Shown here piece by piece: positions 1 to 9,200 of a stretch of 64,000 nucleotides of DNA (the stretch's first letter is position 1; each line of letters begins with the position of its first letter). This DNA comes from an uncultured Gammaproteobacteria bacterium. GTDB lineage: Bacteria > Patescibacteriota > Microgenomatia > PFEM01 > DATLAM01. A program made the translations under genes and the position numbers. Below the pieces are notes generated by a model. The model had not been told where the DNA came from and ran no database searches. It saw nothing but the letters and a program-made list of their open reading frames with translations. The DNA lies in NCBI GenBank assembly GCA_964566925.1, contig CAZMIZ010000002.1:8647-72646 (forward strand). The letters run 5' to 3'.

Positions 1-1
1 G

Positions 2-328
2 GTTCAGGAGGTTTCTGAAATTTCTCAAGGATTGAAAAATTTAGCCCGAGAGCTGAAATTGCCGATCTTAGCGGTTTCCCAACTTTCGCGGGCCGTGGAA
101 CAAAGAGGGAAGAAAAAACCCCAACTAGCCGATTTACGAGAATCAGGAGCGATTGAACAGGATGCCGACGTGGTGATGTTTCTTTGGCGGCCCGAAGAAG
201 ATGATTTGGAAAATCTAATTTTAGAAGTAGCTAAACACCGCAATGGGCCTTTGCGCTCTATCAAGATTCGCTTCCGCGGCGACCGGATTAGGTTTTACGG
301 CGTTGAAGCCAAAAGAGCCAAGAAATAA
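2..328 (+). CDS. dnaB: replicative DNA helicase DnaB, C-terminal fragment (5' end outside window)
   Basis: In-frame translation from the window edge gives ...[30 protein letters not shown]...[21 protein letters not shown], which matches the DnaB C-terminal RecA-like motifs. No start codon within the window. Confidence 0.8.
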   Translation, partial: VQEVSEISQGLKNLARELKLPILAVSQLSRAVEQRGKKKPQLADLRESGAIEQDADVVMFLWRPEEDDLENLILEVAKHRNGPLRSIKIRFRGDRIRFYGVEAKRAKK

Positions 329-337
329 GCAGCCCTC

Positions 338-1006
338 ATGACCGATTATATTGCTCTTCCCAGCCAAAAGAGATATCTAAAAAAAGTAAAATCTCTCACT
401 AGGCCCTATAAGGTGGTAGCTTTAGGAGTTTCTTTGACAATCTTGCCAAAGGTCTATGCCCCAGGGGACGACAGCCTTCTTATGGCTAAGAAAATGAAGA
501 TTAAAAAAGGCGATATTGTTCTTGATTTGTGTAGCGGCTCTGGGATAGTTGCTATAGCGGCGGCAAAGACTGCCCGAAAAGTGATTGCCAGTGACATTAA
601 TCCCCAGGCAGTTAGGAATATTAAGATTAATGTTGAGAAGCTTAAATTAAAGAATGTTGAAGTAATCCAAAGCGATCTTTTCCAGAAGATAAGAGGAGGA
701 TTTGATGTGATCACTATCAATCCGCCTTATTCTGATCGTCAAGCCAAAGATAGAGTTGAAAGGATGTTCTGGGATTCAGGCAACAGTACGACTAAGAGGT
801 TTTTCGGGGAGGTGAAAAATTTTTTAAAGCCTGGAGGGAGAATCTATTTTGGTTGGGCAAACTTCGCTGATTTAGACATAGAATTGCCTAATAGGTTAGC
901 AAAACAGTTTGATTTTTCTATAAGGAAGGCGGCCGAGGTTAGACCTAAAGGTGAAGATTATAAGTTCTTATTGTTTGAAATAAGACCGAAAAGAGAAGGA
1001 AAATAA
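338..1006 (+). CDS. class I SAM-dependent methyltransferase with NPPY motif (HemK/PrmC-like small methyltransferase domain)
   Basis: VLDLCSGSGIVAIAAA is a glycine-rich SAM-binding motif I. DVITINPPY is the N5-glutamine/N6-adenine methyltransferase NPPY motif. A PGDDSLL motif lies upstream. Confidence 0.6.
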   Translation: MTDYIALPSQKRYLKKVKSLTRPYKVVALGVSLTILPKVYAPGDDSLLMAKKMKIKKGDIVLDLCSGSGIVAIAAAKTARKVIASDINPQAVRNIKINVEKLKLKNVEVIQSDLFQKIRGGFDVITINPPYSDRQAKDRVERMFWDSGNSTTKRFFGEVKNFLKPGGRIYFGWANFADLDIELPNRLAKQFDFSIRKAAEVRPKGEDYKFLLFEIRPKREGK

Positions 1007-1050
1007 ACTCCAATTTTCGCCTATTTTATAGTATAATAAGAGTATCTTTT

Positions 1051-1270
1051 GGCGCGGTGGCGGAATGAAAGTTGCTTTAATAACTTTGAATCGCTTTCGG
1101 CGATTGGGCAACGCGCCCGCCTAAATTTGCCGAGGTGCTGGAATTGGTAGACAGGCGGGTCTCAAAAACCTGTGGTTGGTAACAACCGTGAGGGTTCGAC
1201 TCCCTCCCTCGGCACAATTTTAGCAGGTGGTAGGCAACTACCGTGTGGGTTCGACTCCCACCCGCGCCAC
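1051..1270 (+). other. interrupted or nested tRNA-like element: outer 5' and 3' tRNA-like halves flanking an embedded tRNA-Leu
   Basis: 1051-1057 GGCGCGG pairs perfectly with 1262-1268 CCGCGCC, followed by discriminator A. The 3' segment carries a type-II variable arm (GGTAG-GCAA-CTACC) and a T-arm GTGGGTTCGACTCCCAC identical in loop to the inner tRNA. The 5' segment has U8 G9 and a GCG...CGC D-stem with a GAAT...TGGGCAA D-loop-like sequence interrupted by about 38 nt. A candidate anticodon stem CCCGC/GCAGG (one C·A mismatch) is split by the whole inner tRNA. No clean 7-nt anticodon loop can be reconstructed. Confidence 0.35.
1129..1214 (+). tRNA. tRNA-Leu (anticodon CAA), type II with long variable arm
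   Basis: Acceptor stem GCCGAGG/CCTCGGC, U8 G9, D-arm CTG-GAATTGGTAGA-CAG, anticodon stem CGGGT/ACCTG, loop CTCAAAA (anticodon CAA), 17-nt variable arm TGGTTGGTAACAACCGT, T-arm GAGGGTTCGACTCCCTC, discriminator A. CCA is not encoded. Confidence 0.85.
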
Positions 1271-1272
1271 TT

Positions 1273-1836
1273 ATGATTTCTATAACCGAATTAAGAAACG
1301 GCACCACTTTTCAAGAGGGTGGAAAACCCTTTTTGGTTTTGGATTACAAACACACCAAATTAGGTCGGGGCAAGGCGAATATTAAGATCAAAGTCAAAGA
1401 TCTTCTTTCGGGCCGGATTTTAGAGAAAACTTATATCTCCGGAGCTAAAGTGGAGCCAGTCGAGACCCAAAAGAGGCAGATGCAATATCTTTACCGGGAT
1501 GGAGAAAATTTTGTTTTCATGGATCCGAAAAGCTTTGAGCAAGCTACCTTTTCTTCCAAACTTCTAGGCGAGCAGGGCAGGTTTTTGAAAGAAGGCCAAC
1601 TAGTGTCGATTCTTTTTGGAGAAAAGAAGGCTCTTTTTGTTGAAATGCCAATCGGCGTGGTTTTTACTGTCAAAGAAACCGGTCCCGGCGTTAAGGGCGA
1701 CACGGCTACCAGATCTTTTAAGCCGGCTACTTTAGAAAATAGAGTTGTTGTTAAGGTGCCTTTGTTTATTAAAGTTGGTGACCAGGTGAAGATCGACACC
1801 AGAACCGGTGAATACCTCGAGAGGGCGGGGAATTAG
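1273..1836 (+). CDS. efp: elongation factor P
   Basis: MISITELRNGTTFQEGGKPFLVLDYKHTKLGRGKANIKIKVKDLLSG... matches the EF-P KOW and OB domains. The ATG at 1273 lies immediately after the tRNA-like locus. The tracked ORF start at 1243 would overlap the tRNA. Confidence 0.9.
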   Translation: MISITELRNGTTFQEGGKPFLVLDYKHTKLGRGKANIKIKVKDLLSGRILEKTYISGAKVEPVETQKRQMQYLYRDGENFVFMDPKSFEQATFSSKLLGEQGRFLKEGQLVSILFGEKKALFVEMPIGVVFTVKETGPGVKGDTATRSFKPATLENRVVVKVPLFIKVGDQVKIDTRTGEYLERAGN

Positions 1837-2267
1837 AGGAATAAAAGAATAAGGGCAATGATGATCACTTGAGGGAGAAGGCCCAAGAAAAAGAAATGTT
1901 TGCGATGGAAGCGATGGTGAAGCCGGTACAACTCTTCGGAAAAAGGTAGCTTTATCCCTAAAAATCGAAAGGGCGCATCAAGAAAATCGGGTGCCAAACT
2001 AAGGAGAATTCCCAACCAAAGAAGAGGAGAGAAAGAACGATCTTTTTGGAAGAGAAACCAGGAAACAATTAAGGCGAAGGTAAGCTCGGTAATGCCTAAA
2101 ATTGCCGTTTTTAATCGGCCTCTTTCTCTAAGCTTAGTGCCAAAATCCCAGTGAGGGACAGCATCCATAGCGTAATGAATTAGAAGAATCAAAGGGAGAG
2201 AGAAAAGGGGGCTTTTGACTTTGGTCACAATGAGGCCTCCGGTCAAGGCGTGGGTGGTAGAAAGCAT
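1833..2267 (-). CDS. hypothetical polytopic membrane protein
   Basis: 144-aa ORF with several hydrophobic segments and an HWD...HRFHRKH cluster, convergent with efp. No family recognised. Confidence 0.4.
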   Translation of the reverse strand: MLSTTHALTGGLIVTKVKSPLFSLPLILLIHYAMDAVPHWDFGTKLRERGRLKTAILGITELTFALIVSWFLFQKDRSFSPLLWLGILLSLAPDFLDAPFRFLGIKLPFSEELYRLHHRFHRKHFFFLGLLPQVIIIALILLFL

Positions 2268-2307
2268 GGTAGGAACGAGTATAGAATGGTATAATGAGGG
2301 AAGTCAA

Positions 2308-3096
2308 ATGTACCCAGCTTTGTTAACGATTGGTCCAGTCACGATTTATACTTTTAGCCTTTTTTTGTTTCTAGGGTTTTTTCTGGCTACTTTTCTTATC
2401 TGGCGTCGCTTAAAGGAGCAGGGTTGGCTGGAAGAGAGCATTCTTGACTTTTTGTTTCTGGCTACTTTTTTAGGGATAATTTTTGGACGGATAGTCTTTA
2501 TTGTTACCCATTTTGAGCTCTTTGGCTTTTCCGTAGTCCGTTTTTTCCTAATTAATCGCTTCCCTGGATTTTCTTTTTGGGGAGGTCTTTTAGGCGCCTT
2601 TTTGGCGATGTTTTATTACATTCGTAAAAACCGTTGGGATTTCTGGAGAGTCTTGGACGAAGTGGTTTTTGGCTTGGCCCCTTTTGCTGTTCTTTTTCAC
2701 TTGGGCTGTTTTTTTGATGGTTGTCAATTAGGCAGAGAAACGAGTGCCCTTTGGGGAGTCTTTTTCCCGGGGAGCCTGCTTCGCCGCCAACCAGTTTCGC
2801 TTTTTGAAGCCCTGGCCTTTTTTATTATTTGGCTTTTCTTATTGAGGATTGAGAGGCGCTGGCGGACTTGGGAGTGGTACAAAAGTCATGCTGAAGGCTT
2901 TCTCAGTTTAGTTTTCTTCATCCTTGCTTTTTTCTTTAGTTTTTGGCTTGCATTTTTAGAAGCTGGTAAGGTATACTGGTTATACTTTAAACAGTTATCT
3001 AGCCTAATTTTGGTGGCGGGGGCGGTGGTTCTTCTTTATCGCCTCTCCAGCCGAAAAATAAAAGAAGATTTAAGGCTTGAAAAAAGACTAAAATGA
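2308..3096 (+). CDS. lgt: prolipoprotein diacylglyceryl transferase
   Basis: MYPALLTIGPVTIYTFSLFLFLGFFLA...W..R N-terminus and the Lgt signature region HLGCFFDGCQLGRETSALWGVFFPG. The start was chosen at the internal ATG at 2308, which removes the overlap with the upstream minus-strand ORF. Confidence 0.8.
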   Translation: MYPALLTIGPVTIYTFSLFLFLGFFLATFLIWRRLKEQGWLEESILDFLFLATFLGIIFGRIVFIVTHFELFGFSVVRFFLINRFPGFSFWGGLLGAFLAMFYYIRKNRWDFWRVLDEVVFGLAPFAVLFHLGCFFDGCQLGRETSALWGVFFPGSLLRRQPVSLFEALAFFIIWLFLLRIERRWRTWEWYKSHAEGFLSLVFFILAFFFSFWLAFLEAGKVYWLYFKQLSSLILVAGAVVLLYRLSSRKIKEDLRLEKRLK

Positions 3097-3452
3097 TTAC
3101 CTTTCCCAAAAAATTACTTGAGCCGATTCGGGATTTTCTTTCTCGTGAGGAGAAGCGACTAGAGAAGAGAAAGAAGGTTTTAGAAAAAGAAGATCCTTTT
3201 GAAGATGTTCGGCGCTTGACTGATAATGCCGCTTCAGATGCCGATGCAGCTGAGCAGGCCGGCCACGAAAGGATTACGGCGCTTAAAACCGAGCTTGACA
3301 GAAAGCTAATCCAAGTGAGAAAGGCACTGACAATGATTAAGATCGGCAAATATGGAACCTGCGAAAAGTGTGGCCGAATGATTGACACCGATCGGTTGAT
3401 GATTTACCCCGAAGCCACGGTTTGCGTTAAGTGTAAGAAAAAAGAGGCTTAG
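3093..3452 (+). CDS. DksA/TraR-family C4-type zinc-finger protein
   Basis: C-terminal CEKCGRMID...ATVCVKC four-cysteine finger preceded by a coiled-coil region. Confidence 0.7.
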   Translation: MITFPKKLLEPIRDFLSREEKRLEKRKKVLEKEDPFEDVRRLTDNAASDADAAEQAGHERITALKTELDRKLIQVRKALTMIKIGKYGTCEKCGRMIDTDRLMIYPEATVCVKCKKKEA

Positions 3453-3461
3453 GCCGATTAA

Positions 3462-4184
3462 GTGGAAGCTTCAAATCCGACTCCAAAGATTATTTTTCAA
3501 GACAATTCTCTTTTAGTTCTAGATAAGCCTGCCGGGATGGTGGTTAATCGGACTGAGGCGGCTAAAGGAAAGACGCTTCAAGACTGGATAGAACAAAATT
3601 TCCAGTTTCCAATTTCCGGCTGCCAGTTTCTTCGGAATGGTGTGGTCCACCGCCTAGATAAAGAAACAAGCGGCTTGTTACTAATAGCTAAAACAGAAAA
3701 GGCTTTTAAGGATCTCCAAAAACAGTTTAAAGAAAGAAGGGTGGAGAAGGGGTACCTGGCTTTGGTTCATGGTAGGGTTATCCCAGAAAAAGGAATGATT
3801 GAAGTACCCTTAAGTCGTGTTCCCAGAAACCAGAGGAAAATTGGGGTTTTCTTGGGTGGTAGAAGGGCTCAGACAAGATACCAGACAAGAGAACGTTATC
3901 GAAGAGACTCTGAAGAGTATTCCTTGCTTGAATTAAGGCCTAAAACTGGTCGGACTCACCAAATTAGGGTTCATTTGAAATTTGTTGGTCATCCGGTTGT
4001 GGGTGATGCCACCTATGCTGGCCGGAAAACAGCCCGTCAAGACCGCACTTGGTGTCCACGCCAATTTTTACACGCCTCCCAAATAGGTTTTTTCCATCCA
4101 GAGACTAAGAAGAAGGTAAAGTTTAAATCTTCCTTGGCTTCTGATCTTCAAGCCGCATTGACTCATCTTAGTTCCTTTAGGTAA
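3462..4184 (+). CDS. RluA-family pseudouridine synthase
   Basis: LLVLDKPAGMVV, the VHRLDKETSGLLLIAK catalytic-Asp motif, and GRTHQIRVHL. GTG start. Confidence 0.8.
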   Translation: MEASNPTPKIIFQDNSLLVLDKPAGMVVNRTEAAKGKTLQDWIEQNFQFPISGCQFLRNGVVHRLDKETSGLLLIAKTEKAFKDLQKQFKERRVEKGYLALVHGRVIPEKGMIEVPLSRVPRNQRKIGVFLGGRRAQTRYQTRERYRRDSEEYSLLELRPKTGRTHQIRVHLKFVGHPVVGDATYAGRKTARQDRTWCPRQFLHASQIGFFHPETKKKVKFKSSLASDLQAALTHLSSFR

Positions 4185-4196
4185 GATGGAAGAGCA

Positions 4197-5912
4197 ATGG
4201 GAGATTTAACTTTTGCTTCTAGTATTGTCATTGTTTTAGCCACCGCCTTTTTGGGAGGAGCCTTGGCTAAACGCTTTCGCCAGCCAGCCGTTTTAGGCTA
4301 TATTCTGGCGGGCTTAATCGTTGGCGGAAGCGCCATCAGGTTGGCTCGCGGAGAAGAAATTCTGGCCAGTTTTGCTGAAATCGGGATTGTTCTTTTAATG
4401 TTTGCTTTAGGGTTAGAACTTTCTTTGGGACGATTGCGTCGGGTAGGGGAGGTTGCCTTTTGGGGCGGGACAATTCAGATTCTAGTGGTTATTCTTTTAA
4501 GTGTTTTAATTTTCCCGCACTTTGGTTTTGATTTTTATTCTTCACTTTTCCTTGGTTGCGCTTTTTCTCTTTCTTCGACAGCGGTGGTAGTTAAAATTCT
4601 CTCAGAAAGGGGCGAAATTGACTCTCTTCCTGGCGAAATCATGCTTGGCTGGCTTTTAATTCAAGATTTGGCGGTTTTACCCATGATGGCCATCTTGCCC
4701 TCAATTGCCAATAGCGGGGGCAGTTATCGTTTCTTGATTATCGGCGTAGTCAAGGCAGTTTTTTTATTAGGCCTCGTTTTTACCTTAGGAAGGAAACTAG
4801 TGCCCTTTTTAATTGGGAAGGTGGCTGAATTGGGCTCAAGGGAATTGCTTTTAATGGCGGTGGTGGCTATTTGCCTCCTTTTCGCTGTTTTGACTGCTAA
4901 TTTAGGTCTTTCGGCCGCTTTAGGCGCTTTTCTAGCTGGTTTAATTATGGCTGAAACTAGCGAGCAACACGCTGTCTTTTCAGAAATTAGACCCTTAAGG
5001 GATTTTTTTGCGATTATCTTTTTTGTTTCTTTGGGAATGTTTCTTCAGCCCCAGTTTCTTTTTTCCCATTTAGGCCAAATTCTTATCTTCTCAATCGCGA
5101 TTATCCTTTTTAAACTTTTCTTGGTGTTTATCTTGGTCCTTTATCTGGGCTATCATACCAAAACTGCTTTTTTGGTGGGCATGGGCTTGGTTCAAGTAGG
5201 GGAGTTTGCTTTTATTTTAGCCCAAACAGGCTTAAGGGAACAGTTAATCGGCGATGAGGTTTATTCTTTAATTCTGGCGGTGGCTTTATTAACCATTCTG
5301 GTAACTCCCTGGTTAATTGGGGCGGCGCCTCGGGCCTATCTTTTTATTCGCAGAAAAACAAAAGAAAAAGAGCCGGTTCTTTATCGGGCTTTGTTTGCCC
5401 GTTTTGATCAATCTCCAGTTCATGAAGAGGGGATGGAGTTAAGCAATCACGTCGTTGTCTGCGGCCATGGTCGGGTCGGCGGCTGGCTCGGTCGGGCCCT
5501 AGAATTAACGGAGATTCCTTATATTGTCATTGATTACAATCATCGGATTATTAGTGAACTTAGTGATAAAGGTATTAAGGCTCTATATGGTGATCCGGCG
5601 GACATTGATGTTCTTGATTTTGCCCAGGTGGATAAAGCGAGAGCGGTGGTTATCGCTATTCCCGATCGACACACTCAAGAGCTGGTGGTTCAACATTGCC
5701 AGACCCTTAATCCAAAAGCAACCATTATTTGCCGGACTCACCGCGAAAAAGACCAGGCGCGACTAAAAGCACTGGGGGTAGAGACGGTCATCCAACCGGA
5801 ATTTGAAGCGTCTCTTTCGATGATTCACCGGGTTTTGCAAAAAATGGGAATTGAGCGCGAAGAGGTAGCCAACAAAATCAAAAGAATCAAACTGGAACAC
5901 GGGATGAGTTAA
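4197..5912 (+). CDS. monovalent cation:proton antiporter (CPA2, Kef-type) with C-terminal RCK/TrkA-N domain
   Basis: About 12 TM helices followed by the Rossmann motif VVVCGHGRVGGWLGRAL of an RCK domain. Confidence 0.8.
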   Translation: MGDLTFASSIVIVLATAFLGGALAKRFRQPAVLGYILAGLIVGGSAIRLARGEEILASFAEIGIVLLMFALGLELSLGRLRRVGEVAFWGGTIQILVVILLSVLIFPHFGFDFYSSLFLGCAFSLSSTAVVVKILSERGEIDSLPGEIMLGWLLIQDLAVLPMMAILPSIANSGGSYRFLIIGVVKAVFLLGLVFTLGRKLVPFLIGKVAELGSRELLLMAVVAICLLFAVLTANLGLSAALGAFLAGLIMAETSEQHAVFSEIRPLRDFFAIIFFVSLGMFLQPQFLFSHLGQILIFSIAIILFKLFLVFILVLYLGYHTKTAFLVGMGLVQVGEFAFILAQTGLREQLIGDEVYSLILAVALLTILVTPWLIGAAPRAYLFIRRKTKEKEPVLYRALFARFDQSPVHEEGMELSNHVVVCGHGRVGGWLGRALELTEIPYIVIDYNHRIISELSDKGIKALYGDPADIDVLDFAQVDKARAVVIAIPDRHTQELVVQHCQTLNPKATIICRTHREKDQARLKALGVETVIQPEFEASLSMIHRVLQKMGIEREEVANKIKRIKLEHGMS

Positions 5913-6889
5913 TGAAAAAACACCTGCCTAAAAAAAAGAAAAAACGAGTCTCTCTCCGCTATTTGCTCTGGGCGATTCTTCTCGTTTTTCTTTTCGGTCT
6001 CGGCTGGCGCGCTTATTGTGGTTTAACCAGAAGCATTTGGGATGGAAGAAATCAGGTTAATCTTGTTTTTGCCGGTCAACCCACCCTGGTTGCCTCTTTT
6101 TCTCCTCTTCAGGGAAGCTTAGGAATTCTTTTAATCTCAGATAGAGCCTATATTAAAACGACGCATGGTTATGGCCAATATCGGATCGAGAAGATTTGGG
6201 AACTCGGTGAGCTTGAGGGTCGACCTGAGCTTTTAGCCGAAAGCGTTCAGGAAAGTTTAGGCTTGGTAATTGATGGTTGGATTGGTAGTCAAGAAAATAA
6301 AATGGTTTTTTCTTTCCCAGAAGAGGAAAAAGAAAAGCGGATTAAAAAAACAATCTTGGATTGTCTTTTCCAGTTGATCAGGAAAAAGAAGAAAACCAAT
6401 TTGACCCGTTGGGATTTAGTTAGGCTTTGGTGGCAAATCAGAGGCGTCCGTTTTGATAAAATCACCATCATTGATTTAGAAAAGACGAGCGCTCTTCTAC
6501 CTCTTGCTTTGCCGGACGGTACTTCGGGCTTTGAAATTGACCAAAACCGTTTAGATAGTTTTATCACCAGATATTTCCAAGATGAACAAATTAAAGAAGA
6601 AGACTTTTCCTTAGAAATCGTTAATGCGACTAGTCATTCCGGTCTCGCTGCCCAAGGAGCCAGGGTAGTTGCCAATCTCGGCGGTCGGGTGATTGCCATG
6701 AGCGACAGGGATTTAAAGATCAACACCTGCGAAATAAAAAGTCGAAGAGAAGAAAGAGGGAGCTATACTTTTAAGAAATTGATGAAGGTTTTTGATTGTC
6801 AAGCCAACCCTGAAGATTTAGAAGATTCTCGGGCCGGAGTCATGATTATTCTCGGAGAGGATTACTGGCAAAAGCTGGAAGAGAAATAA
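5912..6889 (+). CDS. LytR-CpsA-Psr (LCP) family protein with LytR_C-like C-terminal domain
   Basis: N-terminal TM anchor. NLVFAGQ...ILLISDRAYIKTTHGYGQYRIEKIWELG...LVIDGWI resembles the LCP core. The C-terminal LEIVNATSHSGLAAQGARVVANLGG resembles LytR_C. Confidence 0.55.
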   Translation: MKKHLPKKKKKRVSLRYLLWAILLVFLFGLGWRAYCGLTRSIWDGRNQVNLVFAGQPTLVASFSPLQGSLGILLISDRAYIKTTHGYGQYRIEKIWELGELEGRPELLAESVQESLGLVIDGWIGSQENKMVFSFPEEEKEKRIKKTILDCLFQLIRKKKKTNLTRWDLVRLWWQIRGVRFDKITIIDLEKTSALLPLALPDGTSGFEIDQNRLDSFITRYFQDEQIKEEDFSLEIVNATSHSGLAAQGARVVANLGGRVIAMSDRDLKINTCEIKSRREERGSYTFKKLMKVFDCQANPEDLEDSRAGVMIILGEDYWQKLEEK

Positions 6890-6894
6890 CTGGT

Positions 6895-7620
6895 TTAGTT
6901 TTTGCCTGATTCTTCTTCCTCTTCTTCGCCAGTAGGGGTGACTTCTGGTTTTTCTTCATAAAGAGTCCCGGGATCGAGGTAAGGAGAATAGGGAGTACCC
7001 GAAGGGGTAAAGGAGGGCAAGTTTTTGAAGCGCTGGCTCCGAAAGACTTCCCGAATAAAAACTTGGAGTTCGCCTTTGGCTACCGCTTTGACAAAAGCCT
7101 CATAACGATTGCCTCCCTGGATGAAGCGGATAAGGCGCTGAGAGAGATCATCAGGAACCGCCCCTAAATAACTGCCATCTTCGGTGGTGACGCTAATTTT
7201 CCTTTTCCTGGGGACGAGAAGAACTGGATCAGCATTGTCAAGAGCGGAAAGAGCACTCGGCTCGGCTAATTTTACCAATTTAACTACTTTGGTTTTGCCT
7301 GGCTCTTCAATAAAAATTTCACTGGGTGAAACCTCTTTCTTTTTTCGAACGACCTCCTTTTTAATTTTTCCAACTTTAGTCAGTCTTTCTAAATTTTTAA
7401 GGGCGATGGGATTATCTCGATCGAGAGATAGCACCTTTCGGTAATTTTTTTGGGCTGGTTCGATTCGACCCAGCTCGGCATAGGCACGAGCCAATCGGTT
7501 AAGAGCAGAAAGGTTATTGGGCTCTTTCTTGAGGATAGTTAGATTTAACCTTTGGGCTTCTTCCCAGTCGCTTTTGATGGCCGCCTTGATTGCCGCTCGT
7601 TCCAGTTGGGCAAGACTCAT
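6895..7620 (-). CDS. TPR-repeat protein
   Basis: N-terminal tetratricopeptide-like helices (WEEAQRLNLTILKKEPNN...LARAYAELGRIEPAQKNYRKVLSLDRDNPIALKNL) and an acidic C-terminus. Confidence 0.6.
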   Translation of the reverse strand: MSLAQLERAAIKAAIKSDWEEAQRLNLTILKKEPNNLSALNRLARAYAELGRIEPAQKNYRKVLSLDRDNPIALKNLERLTKVGKIKKEVVRKKKEVSPSEIFIEEPGKTKVVKLVKLAEPSALSALDNADPVLLVPRKRKISVTTEDGSYLGAVPDDLSQRLIRFIQGGNRYEAFVKAVAKGELQVFIREVFRSQRFKNLPSFTPSGTPYSPYLDPGTLYEEKPEVTPTGEEEEEESGKN

Positions 7621-7691
7621 TGCTCTCTAAAGTACACCAATTAAATTGAAATTGTCAAGAATGAATGATAAAATTCCAACCAGGAATCATT

Positions 7692-8414
7692 ATGTCTGGG
7701 CACAGTAAGTGGAGCACCATTAAACGTCAGAAAGGCGTCGAGGATAAGCGTCGAGGCTCAGCCTTTAGTAAGTTATCGCGGGCAATTTCGGTGGCCGCCA
7801 GGGATGGAGCTGATCCTAAGACCAATTTTAAACTTAGATTGGCGATTGAAGAGGCGAAAACGGCCAATATGCCCAAAGAAACGGTTAAAAGGGCAATTGA
7901 ACGCGGTTCAGGTAGGGGAGGGATAGAGACTTTTGAGGAGGCGACCTATGAAGGTTATGGCCCCTCGGGAGTAGCGATTCTAGTTGAGGTTCTCACCGAT
8001 AATAAAAACCGGACGGTTTCTGCTCTCAAGAATATTTTTGAGCGGGGTGGGGGAAACCTGGCTGCACCTGGCTCAGTCGCCTATCAATTTGAAAAGATGG
8101 GGTTAATTACTATTAAGAAACCTAAAGACGTTGATCAGACTCTTCTAGCCATTATTGACTTAGGAGCAGATGATGTAGAAGAGGCGAGTGACGCCATCGA
8201 GGTCTATACCCAACCAGCTAACCTGGCTCAATTTCAGGAAAAACTTCAGACTGCCGGATTTGAAATCTTGGAGAGCCAGATTTTTATGCGCCCTAAGACG
8301 AGTGTGCCTATCAAAGAAAAGAAGCAAGCAGAAAGAATTTTTCGGTTGATGGAGAAATTAGAAGCCGAGGATGATGTTCAAAGGGTCTCTGCCAACTTTG
8401 ATATCGAAGAATAA
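7692..8414 (+). CDS. YebC/PmpR-family transcriptional regulator
   Basis: MSGHSKWSTIKRQKGVEDKRRGSAFSKLSRAISVAAR... is the canonical YebC N-terminus. Start taken at the ATG at 7692. Confidence 0.85.
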   Translation: MSGHSKWSTIKRQKGVEDKRRGSAFSKLSRAISVAARDGADPKTNFKLRLAIEEAKTANMPKETVKRAIERGSGRGGIETFEEATYEGYGPSGVAILVEVLTDNKNRTVSALKNIFERGGGNLAAPGSVAYQFEKMGLITIKKPKDVDQTLLAIIDLGADDVEEASDAIEVYTQPANLAQFQEKLQTAGFEILESQIFMRPKTSVPIKEKKQAERIFRLMEKLEAEDDVQRVSANFDIEE

Positions 8415-8425
8415 CTATTGAGCAG

Positions 8426-9199
8426 ATGATGACCAAAAGACAGAAATTTGTTATCACCACTGCCATTTTATCGGTTGGGCTTTTAGCGATTCAGATCGCC
8501 AATGTTACCTGGCGCTACCAGGCGATTGGTGTTTTAAGCATTTTAACTTATCTTTTGGCGGCCTGGTCGCTCCGGGAAGGTTTAGATGGGATTGAATGGT
8601 TGACCGTTTTGACTTTGCCACCTCTTTTTACGGCCGGGGTTGGCCTTTTTTATTTTTTGTTGCCGGCTCGCTGGTTAACCCGTTTACCGGTAGCGGCCGC
8701 TTTTGGTTTAGGCACTTATGCACTTCTTTTAACAGAAAATATTTTTTCAGTGGCTTCAATCAGAACGATTCAGCTTTTCCGAGCCGCCCAAGCCGTTGGT
8801 TTCTTGCTTACTTTAGTGACCGCTTTTTTCCTTTATGATACGATGTTTTCTTTTCGGCTTTCGTTTTGGGCCAATGCCTTACTAACTTTAATGATCAGTT
8901 TTCCGATTCTTTTGCAAGGTCTTTGGTCAGTCAAATTAGAAAAGAAAATCAGTGGTCAGGTTTGGCTTTATACTTTGGGACTATCTTTGGTTTTAGCTGA
9001 GGCAGCGGTCGTCATTTCTTTCTGGCCAGTGAATATTGCCTCGGGATCACTTTTCCTGGTTTCGGTGATGTATATCATCTTAGGTCTTTCCCAGCAGCAC
9101 TTGGCTCATCGGCTCTTTTCCCGAACGATTCAAGAATATCTAGGTGTGGGACTTGCGGTTTTGGGTATAATATTGTTAACCACTCATTGGGGAGGGTGA
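8426..9199 (+). CDS. hypothetical integral membrane protein
   Basis: 257-aa ORF with 7-8 predicted TM segments. No family recognised. Confidence 0.5.
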   Translation: MMTKRQKFVITTAILSVGLLAIQIANVTWRYQAIGVLSILTYLLAAWSLREGLDGIEWLTVLTLPPLFTAGVGLFYFLLPARWLTRLPVAAAFGLGTYALLLTENIFSVASIRTIQLFRAAQAVGFLLTLVTAFFLYDTMFSFRLSFWANALLTLMISFPILLQGLWSVKLEKKISGQVWLYTLGLSLVLAEAAVVISFWPVNIASGSLFLVSVMYIILGLSQQHLAHRLFSRTIQEYLGVGLAVLGIILLTTHWGG

Positions 9200-9200
9200 A

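Noticed and set aside
454-720. Antisense or alternative-frame ORFs overlapping strong genes (454-720, 1491-1799, 2999-3388, 6289-6567, 7184-7444, 8596-8838, 13557-13781, 15818-16267, 16582-16887, 23108-23446, 24785-25033, 25658-25918, 34454-35020, 37363-37656, 41061-41357, 42412-42748, 42995-43366, 48563-48847, 48960-49310, 54505-55155, 56957-57271, 58739-58996, 61639-61908, 62948-63208, 63337-63918)
   Set aside because: All lie fully inside longer ORFs that have clear conserved-family signatures on the other strand or frame. They have low-complexity or biased composition typical of shadow ORFs.
1051-1270. tmRNA (ssrA) as an explanation for the tRNA-like 5'/3' ends
   Set aside because: The acceptor has C at position 3 (no G3·U70 alanine identity). 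No tag-peptide reading frame or pseudoknot series is evident. The interior is a complete canonical tRNA-Leu rather than tmRNA domains, and the total length (220 nt) is too short.
1077-1307. 76-aa minus-strand ORF over the tRNA locus and 67-aa ORF 50292-50495 over tRNA-Val
   Set aside because: Both overlap well-supported tRNA genes and have no RBS or motif. They are spurious.
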